Shown here: piece after piece, positions 19,201-34,400 of the stretch
Layout of the letters: every line of letters starts with the position of its first letter
Numbering within the stretch: position 1 is the stretch's first letter
Assembly (NCBI GenBank): GCA_964016885.1
Contig: OZ024745.1
Span: 78,244,001-78,308,000, forward strand
Source of the DNA: Eledone cirrhosa
Taxonomy: Eukaryota
Direction: 5' to 3'
DNA length: 64,000 bases
Position numbers and translations under genes: made by a program
Notes under the pieces: generated by a model
What the model was told of the DNA's origin: nothing
Databases searched by the model: none
What the model saw: only the letters and a program-made list of their open reading frames with translations

Positions 19201-22200
19201 AGGAATGTTTAATAAAAATAATTGAAGGAAAGTTTCGCTGTAGGTGCAATTACTTGTAGATTAAATGATGGATTGAACGAATTAACTTGTCACTTTCTAT
19301 GTTTAGTGAGTGCATATTCGGATCATATTTTACTTCATCAGGTTCTTTATGGTGTTATATTTATTTAGATAGACATCGCCGGTATAATAAAAGGTCAGAT
19401 ATTTAAAACATATTCGTAAAGATTCTTACAACACCCATCAGTGGTTTGTAGATTAAAATTCCTAATTAATCTTCTTTTTTTTTAACTAGAATTGCTTTTT
19501 CCCTGTGTTGCAACTAGGGAAAAAGCCATTCTAGTTCATACTTCCAAATATGTAAAGATACAACAGTTCATATTTATGAGGTTTTATCAACTGAAGTTAT
19601 TTGTGGAACACAATTTTAACATTGACATTTTTGCAGTACTGTTTATTACGTTGTATTAAACATATTTTACATCTTTCTTTCCCAGAAACATACTGTAAGT
19701 CGTACAATTAAAGGTGAGAAGGGTGAAGTGGGTGAGAAAGGTTTAAAAGGTGAACCAGGAATGGGTCAACCAATGATTTCGCCTCCTCCACCTTTGCCAC
19801 ATTCACTTAGGAAAGGTAAGAACATATTATTGACAACTTTGACACTCTTTCATATCTGCAGAACGTATTTTTTAAATTCAAATCGCACACACTAGTTTTC
19901 TAAAAAAATAAGTTCATATAAAAATGGGAATTTCAAACACAAGAAATAGCTGTTAAAACAGCCGAACGCTATTAATAAGAACAGCATAGAAGTTGGGTAA
20001 AATAACCCTTAGGACAGAAAATAGTGGCCAGTGACCACTATGGAGAAACAGAAAGTTGTGAGGTTAGTTGAGTTAAAACTACAGAGGATTAAGAGAAGTG
20101 TGTGTTAGTATATGGGCGTGCTAAAGAGGGGAGACCAAAGTGACGAAATGAGTGGAGATTAACGTTACAAGACCAAAGCACAGATGCATTTCAATCTCAT
20201 CAGCTCTCATGGGGCCATGTAGTTTCGATACACCCAATAAATTAAAGTTTATGTCATTTTCTTTACTTAATCATTTAGATACTGCTTCATCAAAATATCC
20301 AAACCATTCCTCGTATCTGTCCCACTACTTCAACAGATTTCCTCTCAATATATCAACAACTACTGTCTTATGACTGCAGCAAGTTCATCTATACCACTAC
20401 ATCAAATGATCTGTTCCTCTGCCTCAACAAATCTATCCCACAAACTTAGCAACTCTATCTCCTTACATCAACTGCTCTATCTCTCTCAGTACTTCAACAA
20501 CACCTGCTGTCTCCCTACCTATGCAACTCACTCTGTAGCACTGCCTCAACAATTTTCATCTGTCATACTGCCTTAACATTGTGTTTAAATTTTTCAATAT
20601 ATCTGCTGTGTTATATTGTCAATTTATCTTGTTTTATCAGATACTGTGTATCAATAAAATCCACTTTAGAGTGAGTTGTAATTTATTACCAGCTTATAGC
20701 AGTCAGCTGTAATTACAGTTAAACAGTTAGTTCCCATATCCAGCTTGTTGGATTGTGCCATTCAGAATTCATAGTGTTTGTGAACGAAACGGTACAGCAA
20801 CAGTAATCTTTATATATATAAAAGCGAGGATGTGTGTGTGTCTGTGTACAACTTTGGATACCTAAGGCTTTTACAATTACCAACCGAATTTGACCAAATT
20901 ATCTGTGCACGTTGCACAGGTCGCTAAGATGGTCACATCACACAAACTTTTCCAATCGACCCACGTTGAGCAATAAAAAATCGATATCAAAATTATCGGT
21001 AGCAAAATTGATGTAAGGGAGATAACCAATTTTATTGACAATCCTTATAAAGAGACTGCTTATTTTGACAGGTTGGGGACAAATAATGTTCTTCTTTTAC
21101 TTCCTAGCTGTATATTCTTAGCATAATTTCAAACCCCGAGCAACGCCGGGTAAATCTGCTAGTATAATATAAATCATTGACTCTAACTATTTAATCAAAA
21201 GCCAAACATTTCAGCCATATATGACTCTCATCTGTAACACCATTCCTCAATAATGAAATAAACATCTGTTGACAATGAAAGTTCATATAAATCTGAACTG
21301 TAAAGCATAGCAACACTGAAGTTGGGATTTAGTATTTAGTAAAAATAAAATTGATAGTTGATCTGAAATGCATTATATGTGAGAAAACATACTGTCATGT
21401 TATCAAGATTTTTGTTAAAACCCAATTCAAAGAGAATATAGCATTAGGCATTATGATGTCACATTTTCTTACTTTCTCGTTTCTGATTAAGGTACATGAA
21501 GTTTATAAACATTTTATTATTTATAGAAAGTAATGTTGCCTTGATAAATATATGCTGAAACAAATTCCACAAAATGCCACAAAGCATAATCTATTATGTG
21601 TGAGTAAACACACTTAGTATTAACTATCCCTACCACAGCTTAACCCTTTAGCATTTAAACCAGCCATATCCAACCAGAATTCTCTCACCTCTTTCTGGTC
21701 AAACTGGCCATAACCAGCTGTTCATATTTATGTTAAGGTATTGTTCTCAAAATAAATAATACCGAATCTATAAAACTTTGATATTATGTGGGATAATTAT
21801 GTGAGATAAAGTGTTTACTGTGAAAATACAATAGTAACTATAGAGTAATGTAAAGGCTAAAGGGTTAACCTTTGCCACTATTACAAGCACCAGCACTTCT
21901 ATTATAGTCACCATCATCATTAATGTTTTTCTCCAGAATTATTATATATTATGCTAGTCTTCATCAGTGTATAACTCAATGAATATTTGGCATATATCCT
22001 CTTGGAGAGTAAGCTGGAATATTTTCACATTTGTCTTAAATATTTAAACCTAATTTTCATTTATCTTATCCCTGCCATAGTCATAAAACAACATCGACTC
22101 ATCAGGCCTCATCCAAGTACCCCTAGCCTCTTTCAAACCTCCCAAATCAGCTTCTACCAAATCATCAACATCTCTGCCCTCATCCAGTCATCTGATCACT

Positions 22201-25200
22201 ACTCATTATACATCCACATATTATGCAATGCCCTGTCTTCTAGATACAATGGCATTTCAAGTCAGCTGACTGACCAAAATTCCACCAGTTCTATGTTACC
22301 TATCTCTGGCAGCACATCAGCTTCACTCCAGACGAGCCAGAGACAGCTAAGTGGTTGAGTGAAACCATCTTCTTAGATATGTCCCTCTACATCCCTTACA
22401 CAATCAACAGTCATGGTTCCAAATCTCCCAATTGGTCCCCTCATACCTACAAATTGGATAGAAATTACCAAGCATCACACTCCTGCTGGACTTTCAGCCT
22501 AAACATGGAGTTCATCTTGAAACTCTCTTGCCGATCAAACTGCAGCTTATTCATTTACATAATTTTGCTTAGGTCACAATTGAAAAGTAATGTAAACTCT
22601 CCTTTTTTCAAAGGAAAAAAAAACAGATTTGGGTTTACTAAGTATACATATTTTCTTATTCAGACTACTTCACATATAAATTTACATTTTTGCTTAACAG
22701 GTGAAAGAGGCCTTCCTGGTCCAATTGGAACTACTGGAGTTTCTGGCCAGAAGGGTCAAAAAGGTGAGAGAGGAGAAACTGTAACTGTTACCGGAGGTAG
22801 TAGTCAAGGAGTTGGAGTTAAAGGAGAAAAGGGATACAGAGGTGAGCCTGGTCCTCGAGGTCTCAAGGTTAGTATTAACAATAATTACTTCTGTAATATC
22901 AATAACTACACAATGTTCTATCTATCAATTTTTGACTATTTCTTTGTATGTGTGTGTGTTTGTGTGCATGTGTGTGTGATTTGGGGCGAGAGGAAAGTCG
23001 ATTAAATTGTTCCCAGTGCATTACTTGCGCTTTATTTTATCGACCCTGTAAGGATGAAAGGTAAAGCTAACCTTGGCAGCATTTGAACTCAGAATGTAAA
23101 GGGCCATAACTCCATGCAGCAATTCCACTACCCTCTCTCTATATATATATGTAAAGAAACGAAGTTATCAAATAGGACCAACACAGCTTTGATCGTTTTC
23201 TCACTCAATAACTTAATTATTAGTATCATTAAGACACCAACCTAAGAAAATTAGAGAACGTGCTTATAGATTAATTAGTGAGAAAAACAATTTTGTGTGA
23301 GTAGAACATTTTATTTTCTGGCCCCAGACAAATGCATTAGTTTCATATATTAGTGGCCGTCCAAATGGAACTACCGTGCACAGAAATTAGTTAATGTTAA
23401 TAATCATTACGTAAGTGGTTAAGAATCATATCTTCAGATTCAAACTGAAAAAATGAACAGGTCATAACTCTATAGGGAGTTACAGGACCATACATACATA
23501 CAATATACAGCAACATACTCTGAATACATTCACCATAACATAAATTTAAGTTATAAAATATAAATGAAAACAATCCTTTTCCATAGTTTACTTGTCAATA
23601 AAATAACACCCTTCTTAATGCTTGGAGTTAGTAGACTCTGGTCATCATTTCATATTAAATTAGTTGAAATACAGTACATTGCTGGTACATTGGTTGTGAA
23701 CTAAGTTTGTGACCTGTTTCAATTGTATAATGAAGGCATGAGGCTTTGCCTTTTCACTGGGTGTATCACTTCAGCTGTAAGCAGGTTGAAGGCAGATGAA
23801 TTTATTGCCATGTTTTAGACACAAAACAGAATCTTTAGTGAAAGTCTCTTTGGTTATAAGAACATTATCACATTTTAATGGCGGTGAATTGGCAGTATTG
23901 GTAGAGGGTCAGACATGCTTTCCAGCGTAGTTACATCCCTTTACGATCTGAGTTCAAATCGCGCCAAGGTTAACTTTGCCTTTCATCCTTACGGGGTTGA
24001 TAAAATAAAGTACCATTAATACACTGGGTAATTGCTGGCCTTGTGCCAAAAGTAGAAACAATTATTACATTTTAATTTTAGTTAAAGTTTCAAACTTCAA
24101 ACAAATAAAATATTTTTTTCCATGTATTCACAGGGTGAAGCTATCAACGGTCTGGATGGCTTATCTGGCCCAGCTGGTCCAGCTGGTCCACCCGGTCCAC
24201 CTGGTCCACCAGGGCAGATAATAAGGGATGACAGTCTTTCTTCTGGAAACCATGACACATTCATTGATACTGAAGCTTCAGGAGAACCCGACAGAAAAGG
24301 AATAGTTGGACCACGAGGACTCCCAGGAATACCAGGATTAAAAGGAGAAAATGGCTTAAGTAAGGGAAATAAGTAATTTTATTAGCCTAATGTGTTTCTG
24401 ATCCTTATAACAACAGTAGTAAATGTTATAGTCTTAGCATCAAGATGTGGAAGGAAGATTTAAAATATATTTGAAAAGTTCTGTAAATTTTATTTTTTTT
24501 AGTGTTTGAAAGCTAACATTTGAGTTGTCAGTATTGTCAGTAAAGGGAACCACATGCACCATATGATTTTCACTTTTTCACTTTATCTCTATTACTAATT
24601 ATTTGTTAGCTTGTCAAAGTTCTTTTGTCACACATTCTGTGACCTCCTCAATGATTATGTTCTCTTTTGTGCCTTCTCTTCTTTCTGGTCTTAATTTATT
24701 ACTCCATCTTGTCTTTTGTTCAAAAGATAAAACAGGGAGAACTTTGAAGAACAAATGAATAACTAGTAATAAAATTAAAGTGAAAAAGCAAAAATCTATG
24801 GTGCATGTGTTTATTTATATTTGCAATACTGGCAATATCACTATCCCCAAATATAACAATAATAGTTTCAACACACAATTCTTTATATTTTTTTTAATCC
24901 ATTGTATATGTGGTTTTCACTCTTATATTGATTCTAGATATATTTATATACCTGGAACGAGGTTGGTCTGGCTTAGAGATATGACAGTTTTGTAATTTTG
25001 AAATTAACAAATAATGAAAATAACAGCTCTCCCAAAACTTCCATATAACCAGTTAGAGTAATGATAAATGATATTGCCCCAAAAGTTTCAGTCAAAGTAT
25101 TTATATAGCAGGTATCTTATCTCAAGGAGGTATAGGTTATATGATTAATAAATATATAGATAAGATATATAGTTTAAAATGCTGTACTAATTTAATGATC

Positions 25201-25911
25201 AGTATGCTGTGGCATAACACATATATATATTTGCTAAGGTAAGCATTATAGCTTGCTGAAAATCAGTCCTGTATATGCTTAGCTTATACTGTAAGTGGCC
25301 ACAACAAAAAGCACCCAGCACCCACTGTAAATGTGGTTGGCTTAAAGAAGGGCATCCAGCTGTAGAAACCTAGCCAGAAACAGTTCTATATGAGCAAGGC
25401 ATAGTCACCTGACTCCACTTGCCTCTAATGGGATAACCCATTTAACCAATGCTAGCGTGGAAAATGGACGTTAAGCGATGATGATGATGATGATTAACTG
25501 TTTGTAGTTGGAAGAGTATCATGTGGAACTGTTTAATATCATTTCATACATACTTACTCCTCACAGGAAGGATTTCTAACGAAAGCAGAAATTTGGAGGG
25601 GGGAAGGTCAATTATATGAAATCAGTACTTAAAAGATACTTTATTCTAATGACCTCAGAAGAAATAGATACTGCTAAGCATTAGTCTGATCCTCCAGCCA
25701 CTTGGCCAATCCACTGCCCATAGCATATCAAAATGAAAAATATCCCAATAAATCTGTGAATGATTGTACGATAATTCCTTCCTATCCATATATATTTCAG
25801 GTGGGGAAATGGGACGAGATGGTGTCAAAGGACAACCTGTAAGTTTACTCATATTATATACTGATTTTCTAAACAGAAATTAGATATTAATTTCTTGAAC
25901 ATATAGGCACA

Positions 25912-25985
<74 letters not shown>

Positions 25986-28459
25986 TCTCTCTCTCTTTAT
26001 CTCCTTCTCTCTTTTCCTCTCTCTCTCTCTTTCCTTCTTTCCCCTCTCTCTCTCTTTCCTTCTTTCCCCTCTCTCTCTCTTTCCTTCTTTCCCCTCTCTC
26101 TCTCTTTCCTTCTTTCCCCTCTCTCTCTCTCTTTCCTTCTTTCCCCTCTCTCTCTCTCTTTCCTTCTTTCCCCTCTCTCTCTCTCTTTCCTTCTTTCCTC
26201 TCTCTCTCTCTCTCTCTCTCTGTGAAAAGAAAGCCTTCTGTATGTCATCAAATGCTATGTAATTCTCATGTTCCTTCTTTCTAGAGCATACTTGTTGCCC
26301 CTGAGGCAGTATCAGCTACAGCAGAAATTAGGAATTAAGTCTTCCTGTACTACCTTATTGATTAGGTGAAGGATAAGAGTGTTATACTTTAATAGATATT
26401 TTCAGAACCTCAGTGATTATCTCTTATATTTCAGCTGCATTCCTTGCCTATATATATTTAATGGCAATTTCAGTTGTATAGGTGTTAACTTCAATGCCTG
26501 ATCCCTCTGTTGACTCTACTTCAGTCTCTCTCTTGCTATCTCTCACTTTCTCACTGTACCTCTCTCACAATCACCACTGTACCTCTCTCACAATCACCAC
26601 TGTACCTCTCTCACAATCACCACTGTACCTCTCTCACAATCACCACTGTACCTCTCTCACAATCACCAATTGTTCCTAGCATTTTCATGCTTCTTTCTTC
26701 TTGCCATAAATACGTATCACTGCATGTCTTCTATTGCGTACTGACTTTTTGACCAATGACAACCTTCTTAATACTGACACATTGTTTTGCAGTCCAGAAC
26801 ACAACATGAAAATCTGTGTTAGGTGTCTCTGGAATCTTATCTTTTGCACACATTTACGTAACTCTGCTCTAGTACCTTCATAATCTCTCCCGATCTAAAT
26901 ACATATATGAAATAAAATTATGTTTATAACATAATTTAGCTTATTTTTCATTTAATGTATACTATACATGTTTGTGCATGTATGTGAGCATACATGCATG
27001 TGTGTGTGCATAGATGGATGTGTCTGTGCATGCATGTGGTATATGAGTGTGTGTGTGTGTATGCATTTGTGTGTTTCAACAAGAGTAGAGGCAAAAATAC
27101 CTGAGAGGGTTTCTCTACATGAAATGTTTACACATAGTCTTGCAGTATGAATATAGTGGTTGGGGGAAAACGTCAATCCACTGAAACTATTCTTGCAATT
27201 TAAAAAACAGCACTTTCTTAAGGGTTGTTCTGGTAATAAAAAGCAAACAGGGGAGAGCACTCCTATAGCCTCAGCTGAACCAAGTCTCATTCTCTTTTTC
27301 TCTCTCCCTCCTCACTCTTTATATATATATAAGAAACGTAGAATCAGTGTTGTGACGAATAAAATTTATTAGACATATTACAATCGTTTCTCTGGCAACC
27401 AGCTCGAGGCACAATCGATGTAATATGATCGAACCTGACTCTAAAATTGCAAGTTCCTCAGATACGTCTCGATTCTACGAAGCAGAGTTTCGTCACAACA
27501 CTGATTCTCCATTTCTTATATGATATCATACTCTGCTCTGTAAGAGCATCGCTTTAAGCATCCCACACCAATTATATATATATGTGTGTGTGTATGTATC
27601 ATCATCATCACTGTTTTACGTGCATTCCTCCACGCTAGCGTGGGTCGGACGGGTTGTCCTGCTGTGGGCAATGCCAGGTCAGGTGACCAGGTCTTGCTCA
27701 TACAGAACTGATTTTTGCTTGATTTCTACAGCTGGATGCCCTTCCTAACACTAACCAAATTTACAGTGAGTACTTGGTGCTTTTTTACCATGGCGCCTAC
27801 ATGACCACTTTACACTGGGAGGGGATGGGTGCATACTGTCTATATGCTTCAGCTTCGGCTTGTACCCGTGAGAAGTTGGGTCTTCTGTATTACTGCATAA
27901 TGCATCAAGGTAGCTATACCAAATGGACCGATTGCCTTCCCAGTCTTCATATCTTTAATTGCCTTACTTACTACACTGCTGCTGACTTGTATTGCTGGTC
28001 CCTCTATTGAGTCCACTTGGGTAGGGTCGCTTTCTCCCATGCATTCTCCTCATTCACTAATCTTTCATAATGGCTCTTCCACGCAGCTTTCTTCTTGGCA
28101 CTTATGAGGGCAAGCTCACCTTTATCATTCCAGACACACTTCTCTCCAATGACATCACAATGTTCTCTAACACACTGCCTTACAATCCTGGAAACCTCCT
28201 GTTTCTGGTCCTCACCCTGCAAACATGCTTGAATTTTTTATCCTTCGCTTCCCTTCTAGCTAAGTATACTTGTCGCCTAGCTTCCTTCCTGGTCTCTGTG
28301 TAATGTACCCTGATTCCCCCGTTCTTCCATTGTTTCCATCTATGGCTGTCTCTTGGCCTTAATTGCCTCATCTACCTTATTGTTTCATCACCAAGTCACT
28401 CTTCTTCTCCCTGTGGCCTTGCTCCAACCACAAATCTGGTCTGTCGCCTTTAGTAAGTA

Positions 28460-28499
<40 letters not shown>

Positions 28500-31400
28500 G
28501 AGAGAGAGCAGGGAGAGAGACAGAAACACATACACACAATGAACCAAGCATGCAAGCAGTCGTGCTGTCAGATGTACAGTTAGGCCAGAAAACAGACTGG
28601 CAGACTGTCAGACATATAGAAAGTGCGGCATAATTTATTAATGAGCAAAGGCTTTTTAAAGAATACATTTGTATGTACTTAACATAAGTATGTGAACAAA
28701 GACAGACAGGAAACATAGAAAGAAACATTTCCCAGATGTTAAGGCACACCCGCATTCACCTGCTAAATGTCTTGGTATATTTGCCAATAAATAATGCTAC
28801 AAAAATTTCTCTCAAATTAAATTGATTCATATAAGGAAAAGATAAGTTTATTCAAAAATGCTTTTATTCAAAGGAAATATATCTAATTTAGGGATTGTAA
28901 ACTAAAAGATTCAGCTGATAATGTATATCAATGGCTATTTTCTATTTAAACTTATATAGTTATCGAGTATGGCCTTTGCACAATGTAACAGTATTAATAA
29001 TTATCAGTGGATTGGCAGTATCGGTAGAGGGTCGGACGCCATGCTTTCCAGCATAGTTACGTCCCTTTACGATCTGAGTTCAAATCCCGCCAAGGTTGAC
29101 TTTGCCTTTCATCCTTACGGGGTCGATAAAATAAAGTACCAGTAATGCACTGGGTAATTGCTGGCCTTGTGCCTAAAGTAGAAACAAGTATTAATAATTA
29201 TCAAATAATTGTTTCTACTTTTGGCACAAGGCCAGCAACTACCCAGTACATTACTGGTACTTTATTTTATCGACCTCGTAAGGATGAAAGGCAAAGTTAA
29301 CCTCGGCGGGATTTGAACTCAGATCGTAAAGGGACGTAACTATGCTGGAAAGCATGTCCGACCCTCTACCGATACTGCCAATTCACTGCCCTTAATTATC
29401 AAATAATTATCAAATAATGCTATTGTGCAATGCCTGTGCGTGAAGATTTTTTTTTAAGTGAGGAAAGACTGTGCACTGAGCCAATCTCACTCTCTGAGCG
29501 ACAGTAGCTATAACCCGAAAAGAAGAAAAGATCAACATCATCGGTAACTACTGAGCCACAGGTCTTATGTCAGTTATCCCACTTTCTTGAGTAGCCTTCT
29601 CCTAGAAGGATGCTCATATTCCTTGTTATCAAAAAGTGTACAAGCATCCTGCCATAGCTAATTATCAGCTGATAGTGGGGAATATGTGTTTTGGCCAATA
29701 ATGCCTATGAAACTGGCAGATTTTGTAATGCTATACTAATACTATGACTTAAAATATATAAATTACTTCTATGTTTATATATCGAGGGCTCATTTGCTCA
29801 TAATATTAAATCTCAATAAAGGGTGGGATGGGTCTTATTCAGCACAGCATCTCTCCACTTGTCACGGTCCTTCGTCTTCTCCATGAGTTTCAGCGATCTG
29901 AGGTCTGTTCTCACCACCTCTGCCCATGTTTTTCATGGTCTTCCTCTACTGTGTCTTCCTATATATATATATATATACATATATCATCATCATCACCGTT
30001 TTATGTCTGTTCTTCCACGCTAGCATGTGTTAGATGGGTTGTCCTGTTGTGGACAGTGTCTGGTCGGCTGACCCTGCTCTTACGGGGTGCTTTTTTTTCT
30101 GTGGCGCCTACACGTCCACTTTACAGTGTGGGCTGGGTGCTTTTTTGCCATGGCACCTCCACGACCACTTTACAGTGGGAGGGTGTGGGGGCACATTGTC
30201 TATATGTTTTAGCTTCTGCTTGTACCTGTGGGGGATCGGGTCTTCTGTATTACTGCGTGACGCCAGAGGTCACGGTCATGTGTCATCACCTTTGTATGTA
30301 TATATATATATATATATATACACATATATATACACATATATACACATATATATATACATATATATATGAGAGAGAGAGAGAGAAATATATAAAATCCCGA
30401 CAGCAGTGTCAAGCAGTTTCAGCTTGTTTCATATATATTATAACTTTTACAATGTTAGCTAAGGGGAGATTCCTAGCAAAGCAGCCTAAAGTAAACCCGC
30501 ACTACTGGAAGAGTGCACTTATTTTAGGTTTCTTTACTAAGAGACCCCACTAGCTAACTTTTGGATAGAGACATTTCCAGGAGCGGAATTATCCTATTGA
30601 ATTGGATAATGATGTTTATTAGGCCTTATGATGTTATTATCATTATTATTATTAATTTTATTAATATTAGAACAATCCTTTTTATCCCTATTATTATTAT
30701 ATTTATTTATATTATTTACATCCTTTAAAATATATTCTATTTTATAGCAACTGGCTGTAATTGCAGTCATTTTCTGTGCTTGAGCATCCTACATCTATTT
30801 ATTTCCTCAGCACTTCGTAAGTTCGAATATTCGAGCTTCATACACAATGTTTTGTTATATTTATTTATAATTTTGGTATAATTTTTATCAATATTTCAGT
30901 TATTGAGTTTGTTTTACACTATTATTACAAGTGATTATTTTAAAAGTATTGTCAGTATTATTCTATCTCACTCTCTCTCTTTCTTGCTCTGTTTCCCTTT
31001 CTCTCTCCCCCTCTTCTTTTCTTGCTTTCACTCCCTCTCTTGAAATTTAAATACTGTCACTTTCATTTGATAAATGTCATATGTTTATAACCATGCTTAT
31101 AGGGTGTACCGGGACATTCAGGAGAACCTGGTGTTTTGGGTCCAAAAGGAGAACCTGGTAAAAATGGATTTGATGGTCGCCCTGGAATGCCTGGTTCAAT
31201 AGGACCACCGGGACCACCAGGACCACCAGGTCCAGCTAGCTTTCATAGAGGTTCTGGTTCAATTGATGATGTAAGTTTTACTTTGCTTCTACTGCATTTT
31301 TATAGTAATTTGGGTTTGATAATATGGCTGTAAGTTCAAATCTTAATATAACCATTGTATAGATCTTTTGTTTACCTAACTAATGAAAAACAAGGATCTC

Positions 31401-34400
31401 CTCCATAAGTTCATATAATGAATAGCTAGCTTTACAATAAACACTCCTTAAAAACAAACAATATTCTACATATGAACCCATAGAAAAATGAATTAAAATT
31501 ACCAAAGATAATTATAAACTTTATTTGTTTTTGATGGGGTCTTCAATTCAAAGAAACAGCAGAAAACTAAACAAACTGCCTAATATTTACTTGTAAATTC
31601 AAATCCAATTATGGAATCAAAATGTTTTTTCTTCTTTGAGTTATAGCAAAATAATTACCAATAGTACAGGAGAGTAGCTATACTCAACTGAATCTCCTTC
31701 TCAACATAAAAACATGTTTTTGTGTATCTAGTTAGATAATACAAATATTTGTTTCATCACAAGGCAGCAAATTGGCTGTTGTAAGAGCATAGGACAAAAT
31801 GGTATTTCTTCTAGCTCTCTGTAGAAATACCATTGAGGTCAACTTTGCCTTGCATTTTTTCAGGAACAATAAAATATGTACCAATCTAAGACAATGGAGT
31901 ATTGGTTAGAGCATCAAATGAGAGGTATTGTGGTATTTGTTCTGACTCTGAATTCAAATCTGATTGTGATTTACTTGAGTAGTGGACTGAATCTGTTGCC
32001 AAAGTTAATCCCATCATCTAGACATTGGCTACCTATAGTGATGTCAACTCTGTTGCAAGCTTTTAGGCCAGGTCTCAGGCTTAAAAATATATTCCTTCCT
32101 CACATTGTCAGTCTTGGAAACATTGATGAAGAGCCATGGGTACTGGTCCTTCCCTCCTGACTAAACAGTAAAAGAGTTCATGGTAATTCATATACTTTCA
32201 ATATGATCATTGGATATCATCCAGGTATATATATATTAAGCAGTCAATTTGGTAGAATCATTAGAGCATTGTGTTCTGAGTCCTTTCATTCTATTTGGGC
32301 TGATAAAGAAACTAGCAGCCCAATACTGGTGCAACTTTCTTTTTTTCCTTCCAGCAATTATATTCTAGATATTCCATTCAACTAAAGGAGTGAAGGTCAA
32401 GAAGGTGTCTGTGTCTGGTTGTGACTACATTGGCACATAAAACCCTTAACAAAAACATGGTACTTGGTACCACATCATACTTTATTGTCCAGCATGGATG
32501 TAATAAGTAGTAGTAGTAGTAGATACTTAGATATTATACTGATATCTACTAACATAAATCATCACACTTAATTCAGTGAGCATTTAAAAGCTAATTAGTA
32601 ATTATTATGCAGCAAGGAAAAGACAATATTAATCAATTATATATAATTGTTTCTACTTTTGGCACAAGGCCAGCGATTATCCCAGTGCATTACTGATACT
32701 TTATTTTATCGACCCCGTAAGGATGAAAGGCAAAGTTAACCTCGCCGGGATTTGAACTCAGATGATATATAATGATGAAAAATGTTTTATGTAGATGCAA
32801 AATGACATACATAAGTAGCCATTTAAATTTAGCATATTCTTTAAAATAACTTAATGAGGTAAAATAGACACAGGTGAAATACAAATAAAAAAAAATACTC
32901 AAATTATTTTGATATATTTAATTTTTTAAGTTATTTTTCATGATATGCTATTGTCAATTATAAATCATATAATATAATTTTCCTATTATTCTCTCATATA
33001 TGCACACACACATACAGACATCTATATGTTATAGATATCTGTCTGTCATTTCCATTCTGAGTTCAGTATTATCAAGGTCAACTTTGCTTTTCATCTTTTT
33101 GAGATTGGTAACATAAAAGTACCAGTCAAGTGCTGGGGTTGATTCCTCTCTCTCTCTCTCTATCTCTATCTTTTCCCCCTCTCCCTCTCAGAATTAGTTA
33201 CACTGCACTCTGAAACAGATGGAGTGGGGTCTCTCACAGTATCTCTCCTCCAAGAAGTCCTCTTGTTTCATTTTGACAAAGAGTATCCTAATGTATATAA
33301 AAGAAATTATTTAGTTGAACTCCTGATAGATTTAGAGGAACACCCTCACAACACACACGAGATGTCTTGGACATTTAAAATTGAATGTATGACAGGCAAA
33401 GTTGACCATAGCATGATTTAAACTCCTAATTACCACCTTTTTCAGCATATAAATAAAAATAAATATTTACAATGAAGAGTGTTTTTCCCTAATTTAAGGA
33501 AGCATCTGGTGGTGATATGACAATTGATAGTAGCTCATTTGGACCAACAACAACAACAACAACTATGAAAGGAGGAAAGGGTGAGCGTGTAAGTATACAA
33601 TTGTTTATGCAAAATATTTTCCAATAAATTTGAAGTCTAATAGATGTACAAATAAAAGTGAGCACAGAAAAATTGTTAGGATGAATGATTGTGGAAGCTT
33701 TATATTGGGATTCTATGTTTAAGTTATCAATCAAATTATCATTCATCTGTACCAAGCTAAATATACCATATATATGTGTGTGTGTGTTAAAAGACTTAAT
33801 TGGAGTACATTAGGAAATCGTCAAGTTACAGATAAATTATTCTTATCTTCTTTTCTTCTCCTTCTTCGCCCACTTATTCCTGAGAGGGTCAGGTGGGAGG
33901 CAGTCATCAAATACTCCTTCCAGCAGGTCCTGTCAAAAGCAACTATCTCCAACTGATCTGGCTGGATCCCCAAGTGAGACCATCCAACCATCTTGCTTGA
34001 GGTCTACCCCTGGGTCTCCTGTCAGCTGTTTTAACCTGTAAAATCTGTTCAGTGTTTCTTTCCTGAGACATTCTAACAACATGCCTATAGTATCTGAGCT
34101 GTGATCTCTCAATTCGGAGTAGTACCAGCTCTACCTGGAGTGACTCTCTGATCTCTATCTATGCACTCTATCGAGTAATATTGTTCCAGAGACGCTTCGG
34201 AGGAACACTGTTTCAGCCATTTATATTTGCAATCATATTCTTTTGGTCATTAACTAAGATTCATGACCATAGTTAAGGGTTGACATGAATACTGAATTGA
34301 AAATAGCGAGTTTAGCTTTTATACCTACTTAAAATTTTTTTTTTTTTTTTTAGTATTTAGTCTGAATGTCATACTGCCATGAAATTATTATGAAAACATA

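Noticed and set aside
25997-26251. Arg/Glu-rich minus-strand ORF
   Set aside because: It is the translation of the (CT)n polypyrimidine repeat.
26552-26666. Regular 23-bp repeats as a possible CRISPR array
   Set aside because: There are no spacers and the context is eukaryotic; it is a plain minisatellite.
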